From assembly GCA_951406725.2 (NCBI GenBank), contig OX597818.1, positions 29,698,001 through 29,762,000 on the forward strand: a stretch of 64,000 nt of DNA. Reading direction: 5' to 3'. The position numbers were made by a program, and so were the translations under genes. This document shows positions 39,417-52,429 of this stretch, piece by piece. The notes beneath the pieces are model-generated. The model saw nothing but the letters and a program-made list of their open reading frames with translations. It was not told where the DNA came from and ran no database searches. The DNA is from Octopus vulgaris. Its lineage: Eukaryota. Position 1 is the stretch's first letter. Every line of letters begins with the position of its first letter.

Positions 39417-39979
39417 GTTCCTAAATTTAACAGAAAAAATGGATGGGTATATTGGTGTAACTGGTCAGCAACCTTATTGCAGAAATAAGAGGCATGCATT
39501 CATTTCCCATGCATACTAATGCTCATTTTTACCATCAGGGTGTTTACATGTTCTCATATTAGCTATTTTCTATAGTCAATATAAGGTGAAAACTTATAAT
39601 CATATTTACAAAATATATGTGTATGTGTATCAGATGAGCTATAACTAGTATATAATGATATATATATAAGTTGATTAAGTAAAACGATAATCAACATAAA
39701 TGTCATGTACTGTTACTGGTATTGCATTTGTTCTTAAATGAGTTACTTTATCTAACCACACTAAAGAATAAAAACAAACCCACAGTTATAAGTATCAGTC
39801 ACAGTAAAATTGATGATTACTTCCTCAACTTATCATTGAGTTCAGCTCCTCTTGTGAGTCTGAAAAAAGAAAAAGGAAAGAAAAGCCACACCAATACTGA
39901 ACCACACCAGATTCCTCCATCCATTTTAGTTTATTTTTTTAAAAAACTAGCACTCTTGGTTATGATGACAAGGGTTCCA

Positions 39980-40240
39980 TGAAATTAACCTGTAAGTGGC
40001 TGTACACTCCACAGTTACATGTATCCTTAACATAGTTCTCAGGGAGGTTAAGTATCAAACAGAATACTACAAGGCTGGCTCTTTGAAATACAGGTACTGC
40101 TCATTTTTACCAGATGAGCAGACTGGAGCAATGTAAAATAAAGTGTCTTGCTCAAGGACACAACATTCCACCTGGTGTCAAACTCATGACCTTACAATCT
40201 TGAGCCAAATACCCTAACTACCTAGCCATGTGCCTTCACT
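39980..40240 (-). mobile_element. tRNA-derived SINE (gtgtcttgctcaaggacacaac core)
   Basis: Minus-strand tRNA-like head at about 40240-40170 plus a conserved SINE core; 3' part resembles the 7919-8290 family. Confidence 0.6.
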
Positions 40241-40902
40241 AGTTTATTTTACCATTGGATTCACACACTGGTTCTGATTACTAGCTGATGTGAAACAGCC
40301 ACTGTTATTCATGTATAATACACAATTCAATTATGAAGTAAGAGTGGACTTTTTTTTTTGTTTTTGTAAGTCAGACTAACTGGAGCAAGGCAATTTTATG
40401 CCTTGCTTAGGAGCATGACATGATGTGTTGCAGAAAATTTAAACTCATGACTGCATGATGATCAAAGTGAAACATTTTGCATATAGTATCCATAAATTGT
40501 TGAAGAATCAATGCTTAAAGATCCAAAATAAAAAGCATCAGATAACTCTAATTAGAAGAGGAACAACAAAAGAGTAATATTATATGCATACATTCTCCCT
40601 CTAATAGATGCCAACAGTCATGAAATATCAAATAATTTAATCAATTTCCTATGTAAACTTTATAGGCATTACTTTATAGGTTATATGAAGTTCATATAAA
40701 GTAAACTTTATTCATGCAAGTTTTTTTTTTACCTCTTAAGCATCACCTAAAAAAATAAAAAACAAGAACGAACAAAAATCTATTGTTGACAAATATCCTA
40801 CTTCAGAGTTTAATAGTCAATATTCTTGTTTTCTGCTTATGATAAGGATAAAAAATGCAAATTAATGTAAATAAAAATGGAATCATCATCTAATAAACAG
40901 AA

Positions 40903-41663
40903 TCAACTGGATTGATTTTGAGTGGCTGTTTAGTTTTACCACATACAGATAGTAATGGTAAATATGATTAGCATACTTCTTTAATCTGTGAACTAATTAA
41001 CTCTAAATCTTTCTAATAAATTAGTTATGTGATGTCCACAAATGTACCATTGATCCTCCCCATAATTATACTAGTAATTAAACTGTTAATAATATTACCA
41101 TTTAACTTTAAAATGTAGCCCTCTTCATTTCCTTCTAAATTTATGTATGGAGAAAAAAACAAAACAAAATTAGGTTTAAAAATTGAAATAAGAGTACTGG
41201 TTTGTAATAATATGAAGTCTGCACATGTACTGTATGTACTTCCTACATAATACTAAAAATTAATGAATTAGCTTTAACTGGAATGCACAATTAATACTAA
41301 TGTTATTAGGAAAACCCTTCTAAGTCTGCCTCCTCTAATTAGTATAACTTCTATTTTTCTATGTTTCTGTATTTTTACATTACTTAGTTTATCTTATCCA
41401 AGTTCAACTGGATTGATTTTGAGTGGCTGTTTAGTTTTACCACATACAGATAGTAATGGTAAATATGATTAGCATACTTCTTTAATCTGTGAACTAATTA
41501 ACTCTAAATCTTTCTAATAAATTAGTTATATGATGTCCACAAATGTACCATTGATCCTCCCTATAATTATACTAGTAATTAAACTGTTAGCATGTACTGT
41601 AGTGTATTAATAATATTACCATTTAACTTTATAATGTAGCCCTCTTCATTTCCTTCTAAATTT
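40903..41663. repeat. Direct duplication of ~240 bp (40903-41142 and 41404-41663)
   Basis: Near-identical copies offset by 501; the second copy has a ~20-nt insertion. Confidence 0.9.
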
Positions 41664-42959
41664 GTTTCCCATACTTTATTGAATTTTTTTTCATTTTATT
41701 TACTTTTTTCTATTCGATTTGATTACATCTGTTTCCTTACCTTTAGCTTGTCGTTTTCAATTACATATGAAAGCATGACTATAGTATAATGTAGCCTAAC
41801 TCTTACAATGGGTTGTGCGATTGCTTAGTAAAGTACAAACAAATCATTATATATACGTAGGTGTGTGAATATCTTATGTATGTGTGAATATGCATAAATA
41901 ATAATAGAGACTGATTTGGCCACTAAAAACAAAATGATGAACATCTACTATTAATGAAATTAGTATTTTAATATAGATATTTTGTACCAGAAATTGTATG
42001 TGTATGAAAGAGAGGGAGAGAGAGAGAGAGCATGTGTATACAAAGGTGTATGTAAGAATGTGCTTGAGAATATTCATATGAGGTATATGTGTGTGTAACA
42101 TGATACTGATATTAGTGGTCTTGGAATGACATGGCTGTCCTTCCAAATCAACTACGTGTGAAATTCAAACAGTTTAGACCATTTTCTTTATTCTGCACTT
42201 AATTACCTCTACTAAAATAAATGATGATGATGGTGGGGGGGGGTCGTTGTCGTCTCCTCTCATAGTCTGAGAAAGCCAGGTCTGCAATTTGTTGCTGAAC
42301 AACTGCACAAACGATACGTTTATAGTGATCAAATGTATGTGCTGTACATCAAAGCAATGTTGCTTGAACAGGTGGATGGTGTACTACACATCAGATGTCA
42401 AAGTGATTGCAGAGCAATGTGTGATAAAGTGTTTCATTCAGAAAAAAAATGAACCACCCACTTGACAATGCACTCCTAATACTGAAACAAATACATTACA
42501 GTTAACAAACCAGTCCTCTTATCTTGATTTTAAAACTTTTCTTTTTTCTCTGTACTTTTCATTCTATTTATTTGTTTATTTATTCATTTTATTATCTTAA
42601 TCTCCATCTTTTTATGATTTATTCAGTTACATGCTACAGAATGGTCAACCAAATTTTTTTAGAAAGCAAATCTTTATGTTAAATTATATTTCAAAAATGT
42701 TATTGTTTTTATTTTTGTATTCTTTTTCTGAATTTGTATTGATCTACAGTCATTGCTACATTAAAGCAATCCATATATGGTAATCTGCCAAATATATTTA
42801 TTGTCTGTGGATATATAATGAAACTGTTCGTTATTTGTAGCAGGTTGATGTTTTAACTTGCCATGAAATGTTTTGAAAAGTAGTCCTGTTACAACACATA
42901 TATATGGGTGTGTAGGCATATTTTTTTTTTGTTTCAAGCTGAGGGCTGCAGCCATGCAG

Positions 42960-44070
42960 GGACACTGCTGTTTGCTTTGCTACACTTTCTCTAAACCTCC
43001 TCTGATGTGTAGTATTTTCGTGAATGAGGGGGTTTGATGTTGCTGCCCTTATCTGTGTGTCTTGCATTGAGGTAGCTTCATCCAGAACTCTTGACAGAAA
43101 GAGATCCAGTTTTGTTTTGAAAACACCTACATCCATGCCATGCAGGTCTCTCAGGCTTTGTGGGAGGATATGAAGAGCTGTGGGCCCTTGAAGCCCAGGC
43201 TGTTGCAGTATCTGGTCCTGTATACTGATGGCAATGTTGAGATTTTTGGTACTATGCAGTGGTGTCCCATCCTGCTGTTTGTGTGCCAAAATTTTGTACA
43301 AGTTCTGTGATTTTCCAGATGTATATCACTGAGTATCTTCCCCACCTTCATTCTAAGGACTAGAGTTTTAACTTTTTCAGTCTCCTAGTGGGTGATAAGT
43401 AGTACATATAACTATATAAAGTTATCTTATATGTATAATTAATGTCACATACAGAATTTGAGTGTGACAAAAGGATCTGGGGCATGGATGTACATTGGAA
43501 TTCCACCATGGCTTCTGTCTATTCTATTGCATTGCAACAGAACCTGCTTTGGTATATGTATGTCAGGTTTTAGATGCATTTCAGTGACTGTTATGCATAA
43601 GGCTTGATTGTCTTCCACAAGGTCTCTCAGGAAGGTAATTTTGGTCCTGTTATTGAGTTATAACAGTCCTCTGATGTTTATAAAGTATATTGGTGTGACA
43701 TCTGTGCTGATGCCAGTGGTGCCACTCTGGATCCATTGGCTGTGGTGATCTTGTATGTTGGTGGTGATGGCTCTGACCCAGGAATTGATGTAGCCAGGTC
43801 AATCTTTTGTGCTATGCATAAAACATTGTTTTATGGCTTTTAGAGGTAGTGCACACTATATCAGCATATAGTTTTGATGCAGGTGATGTGCGACTTTTTC
43901 CCCTTTGGGATCTTCCTTTGTCTTTTGGTCCATTTGGAGGGAAGTTTTTTGTTTTTGCTCTGCTTGTGACATCGTTTTGGGTGCAGGAAGTGGCAGTTTG
44001 CACCAGCAGTCACTACACAGGTAATATGTGTGGTTTGGGAGAGTTTTAACTCTTCTTTCAAGCAAATAGG
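42960..44070 (-). mobile_element. Internally deleted CR1/L2-like LINE (ORF1 zinc finger, APE start, ORF2 3' end)
   Basis: C...GANCHFLHPKRC (ORF1-like); FINIRGL...K..FLRDL.....ITVTEMHL (APE N-terminus); LGFKGPQLF..LP..LRD.....FKTKLDLFLSRV.DE (C-terminus). Confidence 0.65.
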
Positions 44071-44164
44071 TACATATTGTACCCTGGCTTTTAATATATA
44101 TTTTGTATATATGTATATATATTATCCAAAGTGTCCAGTATTATATATCCATCATGGCTGATCT

Positions 44165-44242
44165 TACCAATCAGTTTCACAGTACTGGTACACCAGAGTG
44201 TTAGGCAACACTGATTATATAACCCAACATTCATCAGAGGTA
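44165..44242 (-). ncRNA. Degenerate hammerhead motif 3' of a Penelope-like ORF
   Basis: Minus strand reads TACC-T-CTGATGA...GAAAC-TGA-TT-GGTA; stem I TACC/GGTA; stems II and III eroded. Confidence 0.45.
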
Positions 44243-44869
44243 GCTGGTATAGAATGAAATATAGCGACTGCTCTCTATTGTTGGGGGTGAATGGACACTT
44301 CTGGATTGCAGTTGCTGTGAAAAGATGATGAAATGAAATAAGTAGGGGCTTAAGTTAAAGAGTTATGTTCTTTAGTACCAAGATATTGCCACTAAGTTGG
44401 TTATGCTGCAAGTTAGTAAGAGCTGCCTTGAAGTGTTAGTAGGAAATGTGTACGTCTTTCAGGTTGGTGTTCTTGTGGAAATTGGGTATGTGTAGTGGTA
44501 CTATGTGTATAACTTTTGCAGGAGGTTTAGGCATACATAACTGTGTTCACTAGTGTGCTTTTTTTCTGTATTGGTTAAGGTCATGGGGGCTTTATGTGTG
44601 CATGCAGTGTGTGTAGGAGTACAATGTGTCTGGGGAAGCTTATATTGGAGTTGGTGGAAAAACAGTCTATGTGGTAGGTGTCCGCCACATTGGGGTATGC
44701 ATATTTGTATATGGGTGTGCTGGTGAATGCTCTGGTCAAACTCTTTGCCAGACTCCAGGGTATTGGGGAGAGCCGAGGCTGGGGGACTGGTGATTGTAGT
44801 CATGATGGGGCACACAAGTATGATAGGATGTACTTCCTTTCATGTGGGCAAGGATTAAGCACTTCACTT

Positions 44870-45200
44870 CTTCTATTCAGGTAAATGCCTGGGTGCTGGG
44901 TGCTCTTTAAAAATCACCCTTTTTTCAGCCAGACACAACCTGCACTTCCTGCTGCTATTGAAGTACAGTTTACATTTCTCTAGGATCTTCCACTTTATGC
45001 TGTATTCAGCTGTGCTTTCTTTCAAAGACCTGATATGCTTGGCCAGGGTTGTGGTGCATATCTCTAGGATGTTGAAGGAGGACTAGTAGTTGTTAAAGCG
45101 GGTTATGAAGGGGCCTTTAGTTGCCCCACATACTTTCACACATTTGGTTGCCCATTTGGTCGTTTGGCTGTTACCTCTGCCTCATATATGATGGTCTCTG
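44870..45200 (-). mobile_element. Penelope-like element GIY-YIG endonuclease remnant
   Basis: GATKGPFITRFNNY.SSF...TTLAKHIRSLKE..YSIKWKILEKCK.Y....RKCRLCLAEK matches the C-terminus of Penelope endonucleases. Confidence 0.7.
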
Positions 45201-45340
45201 CGTTACAGTAGTTGTTCAATGGACATGTTGTGTTACCCCTGCAGAATTCTGCGGTAAGCACCAATCGTGGAATCACCAAATATGTATGTGTTGTGGATTA
45301 AAAAATTTTTTTGAATGTCCTGGATTGTAAAATGCATATA

Positions 45341-45861
45341 CCGTAAATTCTCGAGTATAATCCACATTTTTTTCCCAAAATTTAAAGGTCAAAATCCTTA
45401 GTGCGTACTATATATGAGGTTAAAAATGAAAAATATTTTCTAAGCAATGTCCAAGTCTCTATTTGCTGTCTGGCAATGTTTATTCAGACACATTTTGTGA
45501 TGTCGGGGATGAAAATACCTTAAGCTAAGCCTGAAAGCAATGAAGTCATAAAAGGATCATCCATAACTTGCAGTAAGCAACATTTATTAAACGCTATTAC
45601 TGTTATTACTGTTATTTATTTAGTTTCTGCAAACAAAATACACAAAAAAGCTACATGTTTGCATTATGTGATATATACAATAATAATAAAGAATGTTACC
45701 ATATACATTTTTACAAACCAAGGACATTATATAGACCTCCTTGACTCAAGTTAGACAAGAGGTGTGTATTATACACAAGGTTTAGGTTTTTCAGAGGTAC
45801 AGCCCCCTAAAAATCCCCTGCGTATTATACTCAAGGGCAGACTATACTCGAGGTTTTACGG
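45341..45861. mobile_element. Non-autonomous Tc1/pogo-like DNA transposon
   Basis: TIRs CCGTAAATTCTCGAGTATAATC and CCGTAAAACCTCGAGTATAGTC with TA on both sides; subterminal gcgtattatac repeats. Confidence 0.8.
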
Positions 45862-46235
45862 TAGTCATCTGATGCAAATGGTTTTTTATAATGATATAAT
45901 GTAATCATTGATCAATTAAAAAATTAATTAGAAACAGGTGTAAGGAATTGACACCTATCCATCAATTGTTACTTATTTATTTATAATTCACTTCTCTCAG
46001 AACCTGCCCTTCACATGTCCTGAAGTATATAATGGACTATATATTTGATAAGATGTACATTTCTGAATAGCTCAAGAGCTGATTTTATACTCAGTTGGGT
46101 TCAATTGCATACATTACCCGAATATCATTCTGCCAATACATCTGTACCAATGTTGGTATTTATCTATAACTGTTGTGTATGCATTTTATTCTGACCTAAC
46201 CAGGTGCGTTACCTTCAAGTACCTTATTCAACTGA

Positions 46236-46292
<57 letters not shown>

Positions 46293-48921
46293 TACACACA
46301 CACATACATATTCTGTGTATATAGTGCAATATACTTCAATAAATTGATAGAATGTGATGCATAATAAGTACAAAATTATATCAACATTTTATGTTCATCT
46401 TTTCCATGCATACATAGGTTGGACAAGCATCCACCTCACTGTTGTGGTGCAGTATCTAGGCTTTGTTTGTTCATGCCTCTTGCAACTCTTTATGAATTGT
46501 CTGACCAAAATGGAACAAACTACTAATTAACAATACCTTTCCAACAAAAAAGATAATATCACCTTCACATTTGAGCAACTCTGACACACTATTATGACAT
46601 ACATAATGATTCAACCAACTGTAATGATTGTGGTTTTGTTATGTTGTCATATATTCATGTTTTGTCACTGTCATTATATTTTGTTTGTCTATAGACATGA
46701 CACAAATTTTACAGTAGTACAAAGCATTTTCAATTTCCTTTTAAAAATCAGGTGGTACAATCTTTTAGAGATGTCAAATTCTACAGAAACTTTACTGGCA
46801 GTCAGTTAACTACGTTTGTAGCTCACAGCATGCACTTTCACAATCTGCTTGTTGTTGTTTTAGATGGTTGTTTTGATATGAAATCATCTATAGTTGATGT
46901 TCTAAACCAATTTGAAATGCTAGTATAATTCATGGTACCAATATTTCAAACTACCCTTCCAATTGGCCAATTACAACATAAGAAAAGTCTCTACAAAAGA
47001 TATTTCCAATTTGAAACAAAATTTTACATTGTTCTTCTGAAATCTTTATAGTTCAGCCATTGACAAATCACCAAGTGCACTAAACATACACTCATTCTTG
47101 TATTTGTATATCATAACTGATGTGGTATAATTTGGTTATTATCAAATCGAAGGTCAATCTCACCTACACATAGCACATCAGCCAACCGTTACATGTCTGG
47201 TTGGTGTACTATTTTAAAGTCTGTTTTTTTTTATGGACTAGACTTGCATGTTTTTTATCTGCTTGGTGATTTTGTTTTCTTTGTATTTTGTTATATTTTC
47301 CATTGCTTGGCACACATCTTTATCATCATCAGCAGCATTTAACGTCCATTTTCCATACTGGTATGGGTTGGACAGATTGACAGGAACTTGCAAGGCCATG
47401 GGTTGCACAAGTTTACATTTTCGCCCACTGCGTGGCACCTTGGGCAAGTGTCTTCTACTATAGCCCCATGGATTTGGTAGACGGAAACTGAAAGAAGCCT
47501 GTCGTATATATGTATATATATATATATGTGTGTTTGTGTGTCTGTGTTTGTCCCCCTAGCATCGCTTGACAACCGATGCTGGTGTGTTTACATCACCGTC
47601 ACTTAGCGGTTCAGCAAAAGAGACTGATAGAATAAGTACTGGGCTTACAAAGAATAAGTCTTGGGGTCGATTTGCTCGACTGAAGGCGGTGCTCCAGCAT
47701 GGCCGCAGTCAAATGACTGAAACAAGTAAAAAAAAAAAATATCATATAGACAGACACAAATATGTACATAGATGTGCACATGCATATGTTCATACATGCA
47801 GTCATATCATCATGATAATTTCTTTTCTTGTATCTGCTTTTCCATACTGACATAGCCTTGGACAGAAATTTTGAGGCATGTTTTACAACTGGGTGCTATT
47901 CATTATGGTGGCAATTTTAATTTACTTTTAACTCACTGAGACATGAACAACCTATTCCAAAAATTGAGATGCAGATACATACACAGACACACATATATAC
48001 AAAAACACATACACATACATAGATAATAGTATATATACATTATATATGCACGCATAAATGATGATCATTCCATCATGTCAGATGATAACCATTTCAATCA
48101 ATCTACATCATCCTGACAATCTCAACAATTTATGCTCTGAGCTATCACCACAGGACTTTAATAGAGAGACAAGATAAATCAGTGTGTCGGATTAAGGTGA
48201 TATTTGCTTGTACAGTATATATCCCTCTCCAAGTACCAGTAATTGGAGCTCTGTGATAAGCATTACAAAATAACTGGCAGCTACATCAAGTGCAGAATTG
48301 ATTTCAGAGTGATGTCTCTTAAATTTTTCCCTTGAAAGGATACCTGCAAGAATTTGACAGAAGCATATTTTCATACAAGTAGATGGATGTTGTCTCTCAT
48401 GAGTTCATCCTCCCTCTTATAAGTCTTGTTTTTTATCCTGCAGTGTGTTCAAAAGACCTGAATCTTGAGTGACCTGACATATATAAATGCATAGTTAGAA
48501 ACAGATATACTATCACTCTATCAATCTTTGTATGTATGTATGTGTGTGTGTGCGCGTGCGTGTGAGTGCATATGAGTATGTGCATGTGTGTGTGTATATG
48601 TATGAATGCATTTATAAATGCATATATGAATACATGTATGAATGCATGTATGCATTTATGTATACATATTACGAATGCTAGGTCATTGCAGTAATGTGTT
48701 ATTTAAAATAATACCACAAACCAGGGTAAGTTCTCTTACTTTGTAGTATAGTTGTAAACCACTTAAAATTGTAAAGACCTAACACCCATAGTATACAGTT
48801 TTTGTTTCAAATATACATGCACACACATGCATGTACACACAAATATGCATATAGATGCATGTGTATATATTTATATGTATGTATGTATGTATCTATCTAT
48901 CTATATTTATAACTGTCTGTC

Positions 48922-48970
<49 letters not shown>

Positions 48971-49029
48971 ACGGTGGTGCTCCACCATGACCGCAGCCAC
49001 ATGGCTGAAATGAGTAAAAGAATAAAAGA

Positions 49030-50010
49030 ATATGCCAAAGATTGATCCAATTGAGGGACCAGCTACCCGAATTGACAGTACCCTGATAGATAAAGCAATT
49101 AAGGATATCAAGACAGGGAAAGGCCCTGGTCCATCAGGAATCACCACTGAGATGCTTAAAATATCTGGTGGTGTGGGTTATGGTCTAGTCACCTGTATCA
49201 TAAATCAGGTAGTTCATGAAGGAGTCATACCCAATAACTGGTGTGGCAGCAGCATAGTCAACTACTACAAAGGTAAAGGTGATGCTTTAGATAGAAATAA
49301 CTACAGGGGTATCAAATTGCTGGATCAGGTGATGAAAGTTATGGAGAGGGTCATAGCTCAACTAATTAGGGAGAGAGTTAGCCTAGATGAGATGCAGCTT
49401 GGGTTTGTGCCTGATAGAAGCATCACTGATGTTATATTTCTGGTAAGGCAGATCCCTTATCTAGTGGTCAATGTGGAAACTAGGGATTGACAAGTGGTTG
49501 GTAAGAGATTTGTACAGGGATACTGTCAGTAATGTGAGGCTTGGCAACAAGTATAGTGAAGAATTCTGTGTTGAAGTAGGGGTTCACCAAGGATCAGTCC
49601 TCAGCCACCACATATTCATCATAATCTTCCAGGCAATAACAGAGAATTTCAAGACAGGATGCCCCTGGGAGCTCCTCTATACTGATGACTTTGGTCTGAT
49701 AGCTGAGTCCCTACCTGAACTAGAAATGAAGTTTCAGGTGTGGAAGTTTCAGGAGTCAACCTAGCAAAAAGTCCAAGTAAATAGGAGGGCAAACAAATCA
49801 CAAACCCCTTCAGGTAGATGGCCTGCTCAATCTGTAGAAAAAGCATAGGTAGAAACTCCATAAGATGTACCCGGTGTAAGCTAAGGACACATAAGAGGTG
49901 CAGCAATATTGAAGGAAGGTTAACCAGGAAGATAGTTTTTGTGTGTGGCAGATGCACAGGGGCAATAAACACCGAAAATGTACAGAAAACAGATTCCATC
50001 ACATGCTCAT
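49030..50010 (+). mobile_element. RTE LINE reverse transcriptase remnant with an embedded PHD-like finger
   Basis: KTGKGPGPSGI, NYRGIKLL, EMQLGFVP, GVHQGSVLS and LLYTDD, then CSIC...CTRC...HKRC...CGRC. Confidence 0.85.
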
Positions 50011-50411
50011 ATAAGAAAGTAGTTGAAATGGTAGTGGGACAAGAAAATAATATTGTATTAGAGGGGAAAATGGTTATGTATGTAGTTTTATGGAATTTTT
50101 TCATAATTGGGAGTTATTTTGACCATAAAAATGACCCTATGACCTAAGTTATGGTATTTAGAATATTAATTCCGATTTTTTCATCCACTAAATTTGGAAT
50201 TGTGTAAATGTATGAATTTTCAACATACATACACACACATTTAAATTCTGCTTTTTATAGATGAGATACAACAGGCTTCTTTCAGTTTCCATCTACCAAA
50301 TCCACTCACAAGGCTTTGGTCAACCCAAGGCCTAAGTAGAAGACACTTGCCGAAGGTGCCATGCAGTGGAACTGAACCTGTAACCATGTGGTCGGTAAGC
50401 AACTCATGTGC

Positions 50412-50600
50412 ATGAGGTCTGATCAAAAAGTATCGGGACTGTTGTTATGGTAATGGTGCTAAAGTACACAGAGTGCAGTTGCTTGGCACAAATCGACCTT
50501 GATCTCTGTCATGCATGCACACTAAGTTATGACCTTCTTACTTCCATTGGTCATAGCAGTGCTTGGAAGTAAAGTGTGTAGAGTGTGGTTGTCTCAAAAA
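50412..50600 (+). mobile_element. Mariner-like 5' end remnant
   Basis: atgaggtctgatcaaaaagtatcgggact resembles a mariner TIR; no partner end found. Confidence 0.4.
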
Positions 50601-52429
50601 GAAGACCAGGTTTCTGCTGCACAGGATCTCCTTGATTGTGCTAAAGAAGACAAAAACTTAATATTTTAATAGTAAATTTATTCAGACACCATGGGATTAA
50701 TACAAGTTGCCTTTACTTTTTTTTGCCTTGTTTTGGCCTTTTTCATTAAGCTTTTTAAAAGCAGTCAATTTACTAGGGGGTCAGTGTCTGGTATCAGGGC
50801 CAAATTTATGGGGTGGGGGTTGAAGAGTTCAATTGCCCCAGGCATCCCCTAGATATAGCCAACCCCCCCCCCATGCTATGATGGGTATGTAGCACTCAAT
50901 ATAGGAAGCTCCACCTCTCAAGGCTCTCTCTCTCTCTCAATAAACAAACATATCTTTAAAAATATAATGGCTCATCATTTTTGATAAACAACAATCGTTT
51001 TAACTGCATTAGTGACATCAATTCATTCAATTAAATAACACTTTCTACCCAACCCTGATTTTGGAACATTGACAGACAAAAGGAAAGCAACAAAACACTC
51101 AAAAAAATGTATGTATTTGTGAGTGTGTGTATGTTTGTGTATATGTGTGTGTGTCTGTGAGAGAGAGAGAGAGAGACAGACAGAGAGGGAAGAATATGAA
51201 TGTATATAAAGATAGATAAATAACTTGATAGAAGGAAGTTATTGTCTCATCATCATCATCATCATCGTTTAGCGTCCGCTTTCCATGCCAGCATGGGTTG
51301 GACGGGTCAACTGGGGTCTGGGAAGCCAGAAGGCTGCACCAGGCCCAGTCTGATCTGGCAATGTTTCTACGGCTGGATGCCCTTCCTAACACCAACCACT
51401 CCGTGAGTGTAGTGGGTGCTTTTTACGTGCCTCCAGCACAGGTGCCAGCCGAGGCTGGCAACGGTCACGTTCAGATGGTTCAATTACGTGCCACCGCTAG
51501 TTCAAATTTCTTCTTTCAATGAATGACTGAACAGTGACCTTGGATTGACCAATTGCAATTAAAGACTCACACACACACACACATACACATGCAAATTTCA
51601 TTATTTCAGTGAGGCATTGAAAACTGTATGCATGTATGTATGTATGTGTTTGAGTGTGTGTGTGCATGTATGTGTAAGCGTGTGTGTGATTTAAGGGCTA
51701 TTCAGCTGATATTTTTAGCATGTCTCACAACCACCTGATACCCTCTGATGCTTTTCAATATCTTTCTCCTCATAAACACATTTAATAGTCTATTGCTAGG
51801 ATTTAAGTCAAAAATTCAGACTGTTTGTGATTTAAAAAAAATTTTTTTTCATAGTTGTACGAATTCTCAAGTGTAGAACATAAATTCACAAAAATGTTCC
51901 AAAAATTTCAAAATATTAATGTTATGAGAAGTTATATGGGTTGCTTAAACCAGAATTCTGCTGAGAGCCATTCCAGCAGATTATGAAAATGCTATAGAGA
52001 ATATTTTATGTTGAGTTTTTTCATTTAGTCAAGTTTTGTTAATTTCATATAATGACATTTTTCCACGATTCCCTTTCATTTGACCTAGATATTTAAATTT
52101 TTGTTGAATTTCTGATTTTTCTGGTTTTTAAGAATGGATATTGATGTGTATGAATTTTTTTCAAATGTAATCCTGGAGAACTGAAGAGGCAAATTTACCT
52201 TATTTTGCCTTACTCATTTTACCCCATCTAAATTTGCCTTTTATATGCGCGAAGAGAACGGAGATAATTTTCTGAAATAGTGACCTGAATATGTTGCAAT
52301 GTTTTTAATGCATTTTAGAGAAGATCATTTGCATAGTTGATGTAGATTTTGTTAAATGGCAAACATCTATAAAAATATTTTTTCTCAAAGTAAAAAATAC
52401 AGTAAATATTACTCATTGTGCCCCACCAC

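Noticed and set aside
46016-46135. Additional hammerhead (CTGAAGTA...CCGAATATC)
   Set aside because: Both core boxes are mutated and stems I and III cannot be formed.
46594-46930. Plus-strand candidate exons
   Set aside because: Acceptor-like sites exist but give no coherent reading frame or recognisable homology.
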